The notes beneath the pieces are model-generated. The model ran no database searches and had not been told where the DNA came from. It saw only the letters and a list, made by a program, of their open reading frames with translations. Shown here in pieces: positions 51,731 to 63,903 of a DNA stretch of 64,000 nucleotides. The translations under genes were made by a program, and so were the position numbers. Each line of letters begins with the position of its first letter. Within the stretch, counting starts at the first letter, position 1. Origin of the DNA: Octopus bimaculoides (lineage: Eukaryota); contig NC_069006.1 in assembly GCF_001194135.2 (NCBI RefSeq), positions 607,140-671,139 on the forward strand. The letters run 5' to 3'.

Positions 51731-52724
51731 CATACATACATGTAGCAAATAAAGTAAACCGCAAACGCAGAATAGCCGTAAAAACAGCTTTAAAAAAATC
51801 GAGTAAATATCCTTAGTAAATGGGGAAAAAGTGGCCGAAGAGCCGTTACAGGGAATCGAACTTTGTACCTACAGACAAACACTCCAGTTCCACACATTGC
51901 AATATCTGTACAGTGTATCGTTCCGCTACAACTAGGAAAATAGCAGTGGCGTATTTTCCATCGTCTACACAGTAACTTCCTTTAAAACTCGTACCCGTTG
52001 GAACAGGAACAGAATTGTTTGGTCGTTGTTTTTAAGTGTAAAATAATCAGCGTTTGTCTGGTGTAGTTATAGGTCAGAGCAACCTCCAATCATTACCTTT
52101 CAAAAATACTGCAGTTCATGTTTGTCTGAGAAATATAATATCCTAAAACCTAGGAGCTTCAAAAATGAAGTCAAAATTTTGGAGAGAAGAACCACAACTG
52201 AAGAGCAAAAATAAGGAAACAAAGGAATGAAGGAATTAGGAAAAGGAAGAAGAAGTGTTGTGGGAGTGGGGAGGAAGGGAAAGAAAGGAAGAGAAAGAGA
52301 GGAAGATAGGTTAGGAAAACCTAGATATGCAGAAGGTACAGAAAGCAACAACAACAACAATAAAGAAAAAGACAAAAAAGAAAAAAGAAAAAGACAAAGA
52401 AGAAAAAGACAAAGAAGACGAAGAAGAAGAAGAAAGGCGGGGGTTATAGTGCCAAGACATGCATAGTTTGAAGGTTCAAATCTAAAAATGGATCTTATAT
52501 ACGTAAGAAATGCATTTGAGATACGCATGAGTGACCGAGTGCAGTCATATGGAAACGTGGAGCCTTGTTAGAAATGGGTTGGGATATTGAACAGATATAA
52601 AAATGACTTTTTCGAAAGATTTAAATCATTCGTTTGTAAAATTACAAGAGGTGAACTATGCAAAGGGAGGCAACTATAATGAAAAAGGTGTAAAGAAATA
52701 TGAAATCTGTAATACCGTATAATA

Positions 52725-53323
52725 TTTGCTTCACATTTTGGTACGAGGCCAGCAAGTTCGGGACGGAGTATAAACAATTACATCGACCCCAGTGTTCAAC
52801 TGGTATTTATTTTATCGATCCAGAACGATGAAAGGCAAAGCTGACTTCGAAGGAATTTGAACGCAGGTAGTAAAGACGGTCGAAATGTTGCTAAACATGT
52901 TGCTCAACATGCTAAACGATTCTACCAGCTCACCACTTTATCATAAACAGAGGTCAAACTTCAAACTCTGCCCAAGTTGACTTTGCCCTTCATCCTGTCG
53001 AGATCGATAAAATGAGTAGAAGTTGAACACTGGAGTTGATATAATCGACTAGTCCCCTCCCCACAAAATTTCAGGCCTTGTGCCTATAGTAGAAAGGATT
53101 ATCATTATTAAGGCGGTAAGGTGGCAAAATCGTTAGCACGCCGGACAAAATGCTTTGCGGCATTTCGTCTGTCTTTACGTTCCGAGTTCAAATTCCACTG
53201 AGTTTGACTTTGCCTTTCATCCTTTCGGGGTCAATAAAATAAGTACTTGTCATGTACTGCTACCAATGCAATCGACTTGCCCCCTCCCACAAAGATTTAA
53301 GCCTTGTGCCTATGGCAGAAAGG
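52725..53323. mobile_element. Cluster of three SINE family B copies: 52725-52938 (-), 52950-53100 (+, truncated), 53111-53323 (+)
   Basis: Each carries TTTGCCTTTCATCCT.TCG and GAT.TAATCGACT; the two plus copies are joined through GATTATCATTATTA. Confidence 0.88.
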
Positions 53324-53324
53324 A

Positions 53325-53830
53325 CTCACGGAAGCGGGACTGTATGACACAAGTGCAGATCGACGAAACCGTTCTGCTTGCACTTGTGGAGTTAAGTCAA
53401 GCAGCTGTTATCGCGTGGGAGACGAATCCGACTATCGGTCGAACCCACTGTGAAGATCGCCCCATGACCCACCTTTAACTGGACGGGGTAGGCGATTTTC
53501 CTCTGTCTAATGGCTATGGCGAAAGAGGCTGTGTGGTGGACAAGGAAGAAAGACACCTTCCTCTTCGGTCAAGCCTGCATTGACCTTTTAGAAGTTCCAC
53601 TTAGAAAGGAAAGTGAGGGTGGAGATAGAAGTGCTACGGACCAGTGAATTTGTGAAAAGATGAGCGAGTGTCGCAAAAATGGTTAGGGTGGAAAGTATGC
53701 GTCAATAGATTGGTGAGTAGGAGAGAGGACTCGTACTTTTTGTGGTCAGGGTAATCTTGGGAATGTGGGGTTCCTTAATTGACGCTGTTTGGAGTTTCTT
53801 TTGTATCAAGGGGCCTGCATCATTCATGCT
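53325..53830 (+). pseudogene. Tx1-like LINE ORF2 C-terminus (zinc-knuckle region) and 3'UTR, decayed
   Basis: RDCMTQVQIDETVLLALVE (eroded C..C..DET..H motif), CLMAMAKEAVWWTRK, KFHLERKVRVEIEVLRTSEFVKR*ASVAKMVRVE. Confidence 0.75.
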
Positions 53831-54449
53831 ATCACATACTTTTGTATACAGTGTATAATTTTATCGTATTTCATTGTCTTTTCCATTTCTTTCTCCCCAG
53901 CCTTTTATGTAAATTCTCACCCAAATCGTTGTCTGTCCATGTGATGCTCCCCCCCCCCACTACCATGCTCCTGTGGCTGATAGAAGAAATCATTACTATT
54001 ACTGTTGTTGTTGTTGTTGTTATTATTAATAATAATTTGTTAGTATGTCTTTGTTATCGCAAATATAATTAATAGTTTTGAAATATATTTGGCGGGGCAG
54101 TTGAGTTGGTGCGGAATGCCAACAAATTGAAAGAATAAGGATCAGATCGAGAGAACAAAAGAGGGATCATGGGATCATGTGACTGGAAAGAAAAGTTATG
54201 GGAAGAGGGGCTATGGAGGGGGGGAGGTTGTGTTTCGAGGAGGAAGGTGAAGGTCAGGGGTTTACATTTTAAGTAGTTGTGTGATTTTGTTATTATTGTT
54301 CTTGTTATTACGACTGTGTGACAANNNNNNNNNNCATGCGAATGAGTCGGTGCTTACTGGGGTTTTCGCAGTTTTACGCTTGTGTTGTTTCTGATGATGA
54401 TGATGATGATGTCATTATGATAATTTTATGACATTATTCTGGATCTTGT

Positions 54450-54503
<54 letters not shown>

Positions 54504-55090
54504 CATTTGTAGAAAGAATATTAATATTTAGGTCAGAATCATTTCTGATAACAAAGGCAGACATCATTCTAATGTCACACACACATACGATTGTGTCCTT
54601 GTGTACGCACACATTGGAAAATCTTCCAGGGTTGCCGTCTGCATAAAGAACCTGCAGCCATGTGCGAGCTGACAATTTTAATACAGTGAAACCGACCCCT
54701 CTACCAACACAACAACAACAACACTAACATTTTTAATTCATTAAAATTCCACGCACCATGAAAATAAAATCGCTCTGTGTGTGCAATCATTCAGGCGACT
54801 AAGATTAAAAGATTAAACATAAAAAGATTAATCATCATTTAGTCATAAGTGGTGGTCGTGATAGAGGTAGTATTGGTCATGGTGGCGGTTTTGCCGGTTC
54901 AAGTTTCAACCAGAGCTTACTTTCTTACTTTGCAGTCGACCCCCACCTCTCTCTGACATATATAATTAAGATTATTTTTCTGTTTTCTATTTTTTCTTTT
55001 TCTTCAAAATTCATCAAAATTAATCTAATTATTAAATTAAGAATTTTTACAGAATTTCTTTTAAAAATAAAAATAGAAAACTATTAATAT

Positions 55091-55520
55091 TGTCTGCGAC
55101 GAGCTGCCAGAATAGTTAATGCGTCGAACAATATGCTTAATGACATTTCGTCAGACACTTTACGTTCTGAGTTCAAATTCCACCGTAGTCGACTTTCATC
55201 CCTTTAGGGTCAATAAAATAAGTGGAACTTGAGCATTGGGATCGATGTAATCTACTAACCTTTCCCATCAAAATTTCAGGCCTTGTTTCTGTATTAGACA
55301 GATTATAATAATCTGCAACGAGCTGACAAAATGCTTAGCGGCATTTATTCCAGTTAATACTCTAAGTTCAAACTCTGTCGGGGTAGACTTTGCTTCTCAT
55401 CCGTTCGGGGGTTGAGTGCTGTGGTCAATAAAATGAGTATCAGTTGAGCACTGGGGTCGATGTAATCGATTATTCACATTTCCTCAAACTTGCTGGCCTT
55501 GTGCCAAACTTAGAAAGACT
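55091..55520 (+). mobile_element. Two tandem SINE family B copies
   Basis: TGCGACGAGCTGCCAGAATAG... and TGCAACGAGCTGACAAAATGCTTAGCGGC..., joined by GATTATAATAAT. Confidence 0.85.
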
Positions 55521-55663
55521 TATCTGTGAGTAAGACCTTCATGATTCTATGTATATACTTTGATGGCTGAACAATTTATTTTTACAAAAATATCATCTAT
55601 GATTTCACCAAAAAATAAAGATATTCAGTTCCTGTTTCGGTTACCTTTTGAAAACTTCCTAAA

Positions 55664-55926
55664 TATTAGGTTGGTGCATAATTATTGAAACATTTTATCA
55701 TCTGCGCTAGCTCTTATGTCTTGTCTCTCTAACAACGTATTTTAACAAAAACATCTTTAAATGATTATTCCGACCGGCTGCCAAGCAAATGGGAAGCAGT
55801 AATTGAAGTAGATGGTGAATATGCTCCGGAATAATCATTTATAAAGATGTCTTTGTTAAATGTTGTTATTTGTTGAATAAAATTTATTGAAAAAAAAGCC
55901 GCAATAATTATGCAAACAGCCGAATG
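55664..55926 (+). mobile_element. Short non-autonomous mariner derivative with both TIRs
   Basis: TA+TTAGGTTGGTGCATAATTATTG ... CAATAATTATGCAAACAGCCGAA; retains transposase C-terminus DRLPSKWEAVIEVDGEYAPE*. Confidence 0.85.
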
Positions 55927-56149
55927 TTATTCAGAATTTTGTAGGTAAATATAAAGGGCCAGCTGTCGCACGTAAAACGAGTGTGGCTTGGCAATATGCA
56001 TCAGAGTTTTCGTTAACTCTTTTAGATGCCTATGAGTCACAAGCAAGCAAGCAGAGAGAAGGAGAGAGAAAAGGAGAGAGAGTGAGAGACAGACTGACAG
56101 ACAGCGGGGAGCTGCCATGGCGCTGTCTATTCCTGTCTGTCTATCTCGG

Positions 56150-56290
56150 CTGGTTCACATTTTTAGCTGAGTAGACTGGAGCAATATGAAATCAAGTGTC
56201 TTATTGAAGGACACAACACGACATCTGGGTAGGATTTGAACCCACAGTTTTACGATCCTGAGCCGAATACCCTAATTGCCGAGCTGTGCA
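56150..56290 (-). mobile_element. SINE family C fragment
   Basis: GCTGAGTAGACTGGAGCAATATGAAATCAAGTGTCTT...GGACACAACACG...GGATTTGAACCC. Confidence 0.7.
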
Positions 56291-56485
56291 TATCCTAGTA
56301 ATTATGATAGTGATACCTTGCAGTAAGAGTTTAATTCGTTTCATGACATCGCTCGTTTGACGATTTACATGTTTTACAAATCAATTTTCCCCATTAAAAT
56401 TAACTAAAATATAATTAATCCGTTCTAGCCCACCAAAACCACCCCCAAAATAATTTTTTATGAGTTTTGAAACAGAAAAGGCATA

Positions 56486-56628
56486 ATAGTATGTTGTCAA
56501 CTTAATGCAACTGTCTCATGAAAGGGAAGAATGCTACTGCTATTTAACCCTAGGTGTTTCCTAGGGCTAAATAACAGTAGCATTCTTCCCTTTCATGGAA
56601 CTGTCACATTAAGTTGACAACATACTAT
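56486..56628. repeat. Near-perfect 143-bp palindrome (69-bp arms, 5-nt loop)
   Basis: Arm 56486-56554 vs reverse complement of 56560-56628: 62/69 identical, no gaps; loop TGTTT. Confidence 0.95.
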
Positions 56629-56739
56629 CACTTTATCGGGCTGCTACTGCATAAATCTCTCAGAGATTTAGAAATATATTATTTCTATTTTCAGAAAAGG
56701 TGCAGTTACAAATAAAATCACAATAAAAAAGAGAATGCA

Positions 56740-58870
56740 AAAGAAATATGTAAACTGTCTTTATTAACTGACTTACCTTAAAGATGGGACAATTCGTGCA
56801 CAAAGAAGACGATAGAGCAGGGAGGAGGAAGAGGATTACTGTTTGGAAGGAGAATCTCTTTCCATTAAAACTCCAGGAAGAACAGTTTCTGGTGTTTTCT
56901 CTCTCTCTTCACTTAATTTAGACTTTTGGGACAGACTTCGCTTTTTACACTTTCAGGTTGTTTCATTAGAAACATATCAAGAGAAGTCTGCTTTTACCTG
57001 CCTTTCACAAAGTTACGAAAATATGCCGGAGCAGTGTCATTAAATAAAATAGCTACACAACGTGAAGATACTTTTTCCGGATGATATTTTTCTCCAAATT
57101 CAGAAACATCCTGTTACTTTGCCAACTCTGCCTTTGCGTCACTCGTAGAGATAACATTCTCTGCTACACTGTCCTCCTCCGGGGAACCAATCTCATACAA
57201 ATGCTGCGGTTTATGATGTTGCAGGAGTTTATCTGTCGTCATTTTCTCTGAGTGTTCCTCGACGAGATCGTTAGTGTCCCCATCGTCAACCTCGAGGCCC
57301 ATAAACTTGCCATGAGACACTATCTCCTCGACTGCAGGTGTCTCAGACTCAAACCCTTCGAAGTTTCTTTCGGATACGTAGTCAGACCACAATTTCCTCC
57401 ATGCAGAATTCACCGTTCTCCTCGTTACACCCTGCCAGGCCATATCGATGGTTTTCAGGTAGTTGACAATGTTGTTGTGCTCCTTCCATAAATCACAAAG
57501 GGTTAGATTTGTATTTTCGGTGACTTCAAAGCACCGATGAAACAGGGGTTTAGTGTACAATATCTTAAAATTAGAAATCACCTGTTGGTCCATGGGCTGC
57601 AAGATAGGGGTGGTGTTGCGAGAAAGGTACAGACCTTTTATAAATTTAAATTTGTTCAGGATATCATCTTCGAGGTTAGGAGGGTTAGCAGGAGCATTGT
57701 CGAGGATGAGGAGGGCCTTGAGAGGAAGATTATTCTACCGAAGATACTTTTTCACTGCTGGTCCGAAGACAAGGCTGACCCACTTGGAGAAGGATTGCCA
57801 GGTGACCCAGGCTTTAACGTTTGCCCTCCACATGATCTGCAGCTTCTCCTTCAGGATTTTGAGGGACTTGAACGCTCGAGGGGTTTCTGAATGGTAGACA
57901 AGGAGCTGCTTAATCTTTAAGTCTCCACTCACATTGCCACAAAGGGCGAGAGTTAGCCTATCTTTCATCGGCTCGTGGCCTGGCATTTTCTTCTCTGCAG
58001 TTATGTAGGTTCTGTGCATTTTCCCCCCCAAAAGGCCAGTTTCATCACAGTTGAATACCTGTTGTGCGATGTACCCCTCGGCTGCGATGAGCTGACGGAA
58101 TTCACACACGAAATCTTCAGCTGCCTTCGTGTCAGAACTCGCTGCTTCTTCATACCTGACGACGCTATGAATACCAGTCCTCTTCTTGAAATGATCAAAC
58201 CAGCCGCGACTGGCCTTAATTGTGTCTGCTGGTGTCTCACGCCGGCGATGTTCCTGGGTTCTGCTTCAGGAGATCCCCCCCATATAGCGTTCGTACTTTC
58301 TCGCAGATGATGGTCTGCGTATCCCCTGCGATTTGCTTCACTTTGATCCACAGTAGAAGTAATTTTTCCATCCTTTCGTGGACAGATGTGTGTTGCTTAG
58401 CTTGGAGACACCCTTTGCTGTTGTAACGGCCTTGATCTCGTCCCTTTTTCTTCCGGATGGTGCACACCGTAGACGTGCTTCGGTCGTATTGACGGGCTAT
58501 GTCCACTACACGCAGTGCTCGCTCATGTTTATTAAGGAATTCTATCTTCAATCCTTTGCACTAACCCTTCTTAGGACCTACGGCTAACACAATTATCATA
58601 AAATAATAGCAAAAAAATGGACAAAACTAAACAAAAACTGGGAAAAACATAAGGATTCTGCCACAACGAGAGAAATACGTTAACTGAGGGGACGGAGACT
58701 GTACTTGTTGGGAGGGCGTGTGCGAGCTCAACGCCGACTAGCGGTCGCTTGTATGAAACTCGTTCGTACTGCGGATTTCCGCTCGTACTTCAAGACAAAA
58801 ATTCGCACGAGCCTCGGCTCTTACAGTAAATTACTCGTATAATGGTGCACTCGTACAGCGAGATTTCCGC
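56740..58870 (-). mobile_element. Near full-length Tigger/pogo (TIGD1-like) DNA transposon with frameshifted transposase
   Basis: HTH_psq MKIEFLNKHERALRVVDIARQYDRSTSTVCTIRKK (58237-58551); DDE_1 QQVFNCDETGL...KDRLTLALCGNVSGDLKIK.LLVYHSETPRAFK (57735-58109); QPMDQQVISNFK (57114-57602); eroded 5' TIR ACTCGTACAGCGAGATTTCCGC 58849-58870; 3' TIR not found. Confidence 0.92.
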
Positions 58871-59744
58871 TTCTACTTTAGAGGCGGAAAACTTTAATGA
58901 ATTCAAGAGCTCATGTCGTATGCTATTTGATAGACTTGCATTTGTCTGTTTTCAAATGCAGGTCACGAGTCACTCTCAGTTGTTTCCCTAAGCTCGTTTG
59001 TGTTTAATACATTGGTACTCTTCGTATTACGTAATAACTCTATTAGCATCAGAGAGAGAGAGTTCAATGGGGATACGAACAAGAGCCGCAACAAATACAA
59101 TAGTTATTTTGTGCATCTAGCGCTTCTATTTCTACTACTACTACTACTATTACTACTACTACTACTACACACACGTATCATTACTCTCTAAATTCTCAAG
59201 ACGGTCAGTGGCGTGAAACTGAGTAAAAGTTTCTGAAGTCTTTACAGTTCCAATAAACCCTTGCTTTTCTCTTGCTGTGGTATTCTTTCCACCTTGTTTT
59301 TCACCTGTGTGCGTATACATGAATATATTACATACACACAAATGTATATAGTGAGAGAGACAGAAACAAACACACAAAGTTAGAGGGAAAGAGAGAGAGA
59401 GGGAGAAAAAGAGAGATACAGTCAGACAGACAGATGGATAGATAGGTTTAAATTATACTTATATAATTATATACTCCGGAATTGTACTTGTTGGAAAATG
59501 GCTAACAACTAAGTGGTAGGCAAACATTTGTTACAAAGCTTATTGTTAGAATTTAAAGAAAAAGGTTATAGAGTTATACCAGAATTCCCTATCTGTCTGT
59601 CTGCATTATTCACAATGGGTATTTCGTTCGGCAGCTAATCGAGCCGTTTACGTCAATAGCACTAACTCTTGGAGAATGGAAAGGGCACGGAATCGGGATT
59701 TTGTTTATTTTTATTTTTCCTTCATATTATCACTATTAGTAGAA

Positions 59745-59939
59745 TCGTTAAGGACCCCGGGCGAAATGCTTCGCGGTATTTCGTCCGTCTTTACGTGCTG
59801 CGATCAAATTCCACCGAGGTCGACTTTGCCTTTTATCCTTTCGAGGTCGATAAAAGAAGGACCACTTGAATACTGGGTCTATGTAATCGACTATTCCCCT
59901 CTCTACAAATTCCAGGCCCTATGTCTTCAGTAGAAAGGA
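59745..59939 (+). mobile_element. SINE family B with (ATT)n tail
   Basis: GAATCGTTAAGGACCCCGGGCGAAATGCTTCGCGGTATTTCGTCCGTC...GTAATCGACT...TAGAAAGGATTGTTATTATT. Confidence 0.88.
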
Positions 59940-60414
59940 TTGTTATTATTATTATTGATATTATTATTATTATCATCATTATTACTAATATTCGAATTCC
60001 TGATCGCTTGAGAATAAAATACTGACCTCGTTTAATACTGACTCATTCATCACTGATCCATGGTTACACAGTATGCTTACCACGAAGTCATCCGTGATAA
60101 CATGGGACAACAATTAGTCACAGATTCTGCTTGGACCGTAACCGCACCCTCCCCTCATCCACTATGCTCAGGACAATTTGTGGTCTCGGAACGAAACTTC
60201 TTTTTCTCATATGTTCAATCCTCTGTTTTAACACTGATTCATTTAACACGTTACCAGTGATAAATGAGGATAGATGTATTAACTAAGTGGGAAACAGTTT
60301 TGGTCCATTTGGCCTTTGTAATGAAATACAACTGTTAATTTATCTGGGATGTAAGGGGCACCCTAGCAGTGTCTTACATCTGGCACGCAGTTTGTATAAA
60401 ATATAGATATGCAT

Positions 60415-60775
60415 TTTTTCGTTTACTTGTTTCAGTCATTAGACTGCGGCCATGCTGGGGCATCACCTTGAATTTTGAGTCGAACGAATCTACCCGAGTA
60501 CTTCTTTTAAAGCCGGGTACTTATTCCATCGCTTTTCTTTTGCCGAACTGCTAGTTACGTAAAAACACCAACACTTGTTGTCAAGCGGTGGTAGGGACAC
60601 GCACGCACGCACACGCACACACACACACACACACATATATATATACGACTGTCTTTCAGTTTCCGTCTTCCAAATTTACTCACTAGACATTCGCTCAATG
60701 TGCCACGCAGTGGGACAGAACCCGGAACCACTGGGTTGAAAAGCAAGTTTCTTACCAGACTGCTACGCCTGCGCC
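60415..60775 (-). mobile_element. SINE family A, full-length
   Basis: TTTACTTGTTTCAGTCATTAGACTGCGGCCATGCTGGGGC...internal (CA)n(TA)n...GTGCCACGCAGTGGGACAGAACCCGGAACC. Confidence 0.88.
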
Positions 60776-61129
60776 AGTAGTAATTCAAATAAAACAATCT
60801 GACTCGATCTGAGACATGCTGAAACTAAAACCATTTACATCATGAAAGAGTCATTTCAACCATTTACAATACACACTTGTATTGTTTATATCGTAACTTG
60901 TTTTGTTTTCTTTGTGTACAATGAAAGTGTTAACTTGTCAGAGACGTTCGTTATGAATAGCTGACCCTGTCGACCTTCACTTTTGGTACAAAACAGAAGT
61001 GACGTAAAGAATGCAAGCAACGTAAGCAGCCGACAACTCGTGTTGCATCGTTTGGTAAACTCTTGTTTAAACTTTCCAATCTATTTACCAATCATTATCT
61101 CAGAAAAATTATTAAAGAATCCCAAAGAG

Positions 61130-61650
61130 GTTATGGTGTAGCACTCATGACCGTAAGATCGCGGTTTCAATTCCCGGACCGGGCTTCGTGGTGTGTTCTT
61201 GAGCAAAACACTTCATTTCAAGTTGCTCCTGTCCACTCAGCTGTAAATGAGCAGCTCTGAGACGGAGTGGCATTCCGCCCAGAAGAAGTATTGTGATCTC
61301 GGTCACTTACAAGCCGTGAGGATCGGGTAACCGGCGCTGTGAGTCCTGGTACTCGAGACAATGTCCAGAGGTGGATGATGATGAAGATAACCACAAAATA
61401 TTAAAAGACTCTTAAAAAAAAAAAAAGAAAGAAACCCTTCCTGAGTCATATAGACTCCCAATTTTTGTGGCGTATATATTCCTCCCATATCTGGATGGGA
61501 CGCTTGTTCGCCGTAGGGTTACCCATTTATGCCAGCTGAGTGGATTGGAGTAACGTGAAATGAAGTGTTTTACACAAGGCATCACTCGCTCCAGGAATCG
61601 AAACCACGATCTTGCGGTCGCGAGTCCAACACCCTCATAACTAAGCCAGG
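61130..61650. mobile_element. Two SINE family C copies in opposite orientation (61130-61270 +, 61480-61650 -)
   Basis: GATCGCGGTTTCAATTCCCGGACC...TTGAGCAAAACACTTCATTTCAAGTTGCTCCTGTCCACTCAGCTG versus CAGCTGAGTGGATTGGAGTAACGTGAAATGAAGTGTTTT...GGAATCGAAACCACGATC. Confidence 0.8.
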
Positions 61651-62009
61651 TGAAATTCACGTGAGAAGAAGAAATGAGGCTGGTAACAAAATGAACAGAC
61701 TTTAGTCGCGGGACGTGGGAAATAGACGAACGGAGATACCAAAAATTTCAAAAACGGGAAGGAATTTAAAGTTAATACAATTATGAACCGCAAAAAGAAA
61801 AAAAATCCTGTTGGCGGAGGTAAAGAATATGTACACCACCCGTTTTCGGCCAAATAAAACCCCTAAGCCTAAACACCGGGTGGACGTATTCTTTACTTTC
61901 GCCATTCTCTTTCCTGGGACTCAAGACCACAGTATCAGGAGAATTTTATCAGTCAAACGGAATAAAAAAATTAATACATCGAGTTAGAATATATATATAT
62001 ATATATATG

Positions 62010-62065
<56 letters not shown>

Positions 62066-62329
62066 TATATAGATATATATACATAAAACCAAAGCTCTAT
62101 TCTTTTGAATTATTATATGTAGTGGACATCGAGGGGTTTGTGCAAATTCAAAGTATTTCGATCGGTTGGATGACTGACCAGGTCACTAACTCACTTCCGG
62201 GTTAGCGAGGCGTGACACCATTTCCGAGCCATTTATTTATCATATAAATAGATATGCAACTATTAATACACAAAACAGAACTACATATTATAACCGCAAT
62301 GAGTGTATATGTGTAACCGCAATGAGAGA

Positions 62330-62374
<45 letters not shown>

Positions 62375-63903
62375 TGAGAGTGTGTGTGTGTTTTAAATGT
62401 ATGTAGTTACTCTACCATTATGGAAATTGTTCAAATTTCGTGGTCATAGTTCAAATCATTCGTCACACGATGACAACTCTGTCACTAACACAGAGAGAGA
62501 GAGAGAGCATGAGTAAGGTATAGGAACACGCTCAAAAGACTCCCTCAGAAAAAAGAAAAAAACTGCACTGAATCGTAATGAATGTGGGTTAACTTGCTAT
62601 GTATAGCACAAAGAAATATGACTTAAGCAGCCTGGATCAGTGCCGTCTGAAGTCATAGGTTCACAGGGCAAGTTCATCCACAAGCCTCACAAGTGCACGG
62701 GCCCAATTAGGATCTATGTATGCTACGGCTTGCCGTCAAATGAACATACACTATCGGGCCCACTGGATTGATTTGCCCCGATAGGCGCCTCACATGTTGC
62801 TGAGATGGCCCTAATCTGGATCACCTGAAAGAACTTAGAGCAAAAACAAAGTCCTGAATTAACATGCCAGCCGTTTTGCATAATAATTCTGTTTCGTCCA
62901 ATCTGTCTGTAAATCGTTGGCTAAAATCTCACAAGAGACACAGACATCAGAAGTAAACTAAGACAAAAGGAAAACAAAATTTGTTTGACCGCCACACGTT
63001 CAAACCAACAGAAGAATTCATTATACATATGTGTGTGTGTGTGTCAGTGTGTATATGTATAATATAAGTACACACGTTTGTCTGTATGTGTGCGTCGATA
63101 ATATATATAATAAATGCGAATGTCAGTGTGTCACACTTTTTCAGCTTTACTTCTAGAGGCCGCAGCCTAACATATCATTCCATTTTGTAATCAGGCCAAC
63201 TCTGAGAGTAAATTAAAAACATTCCGGGCCGAATCCGAACCCGCAATCCTAAAATTTTGGATTCCCAAGTTTTCATTACTGTGATTGTTTTCGGCGATTT
63301 TTTTTTTTTTTTGGCGACGAATATGACCATCTTTGGGNNNNNNNNNNAGGAAGCAATTGCAACAATTCTCCGAAAAAAAATCAGATCTGTTTGCAGATCT
63401 TCCCATTCGGGGTCAGAAGCTTCATGGAAGAAAAAGAAAATGATTTTGAAGTTAATAAGAGTTTATTTATTATCAGCAACAAATCGATCATTATCCCTTA
63501 CAGCTGCTTTAATTATGCACAGTGAAATTAATTAAATATTATGTTCATATTTCTGAGCATAATCTCTTCAGAGGGGGGAGGGAATATACCCATGAGATGT
63601 TTTGTATGTTTGTTTGTAGATTCATCACAGCGGATGGACCTCTTAAAGGGATAGTTTTATCCCAGTTACACTGGTTTAATATATTATATTTTAAAGAGAT
63701 ATTTCTAAAATAATTTATAATATTTGATATCTTTATATATTTTAGGAAATGGAGAGATTTAATGGATATAAATAAATAAATTAATTAATTAACATTGTCT
63801 ATAATTGTTTCAACTTACATTCAATACAAATCACAAAACAAAATAAGTTTGCATTTTGAAGTTGAGTGAAATATCTTCACTCAGCTGTGGCTGTGTAGTC
63901 GGT

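Noticed and set aside
52097-52197. Minus-strand exon-like segment with strong acceptor (ttccttatttttgctcttcag) and donor (AAG/gtaatg)
   Set aside because: Stops in all three frames; could be a UTR exon but cannot be supported as CDS
60081-60260. Strong minus-strand donor GTG/gtaagc preceded by ATG TTA TCA CGG ATG ACT TCG TG
   Set aside because: Possible first coding exon, but only 7 codons and no compatible downstream exon could be established
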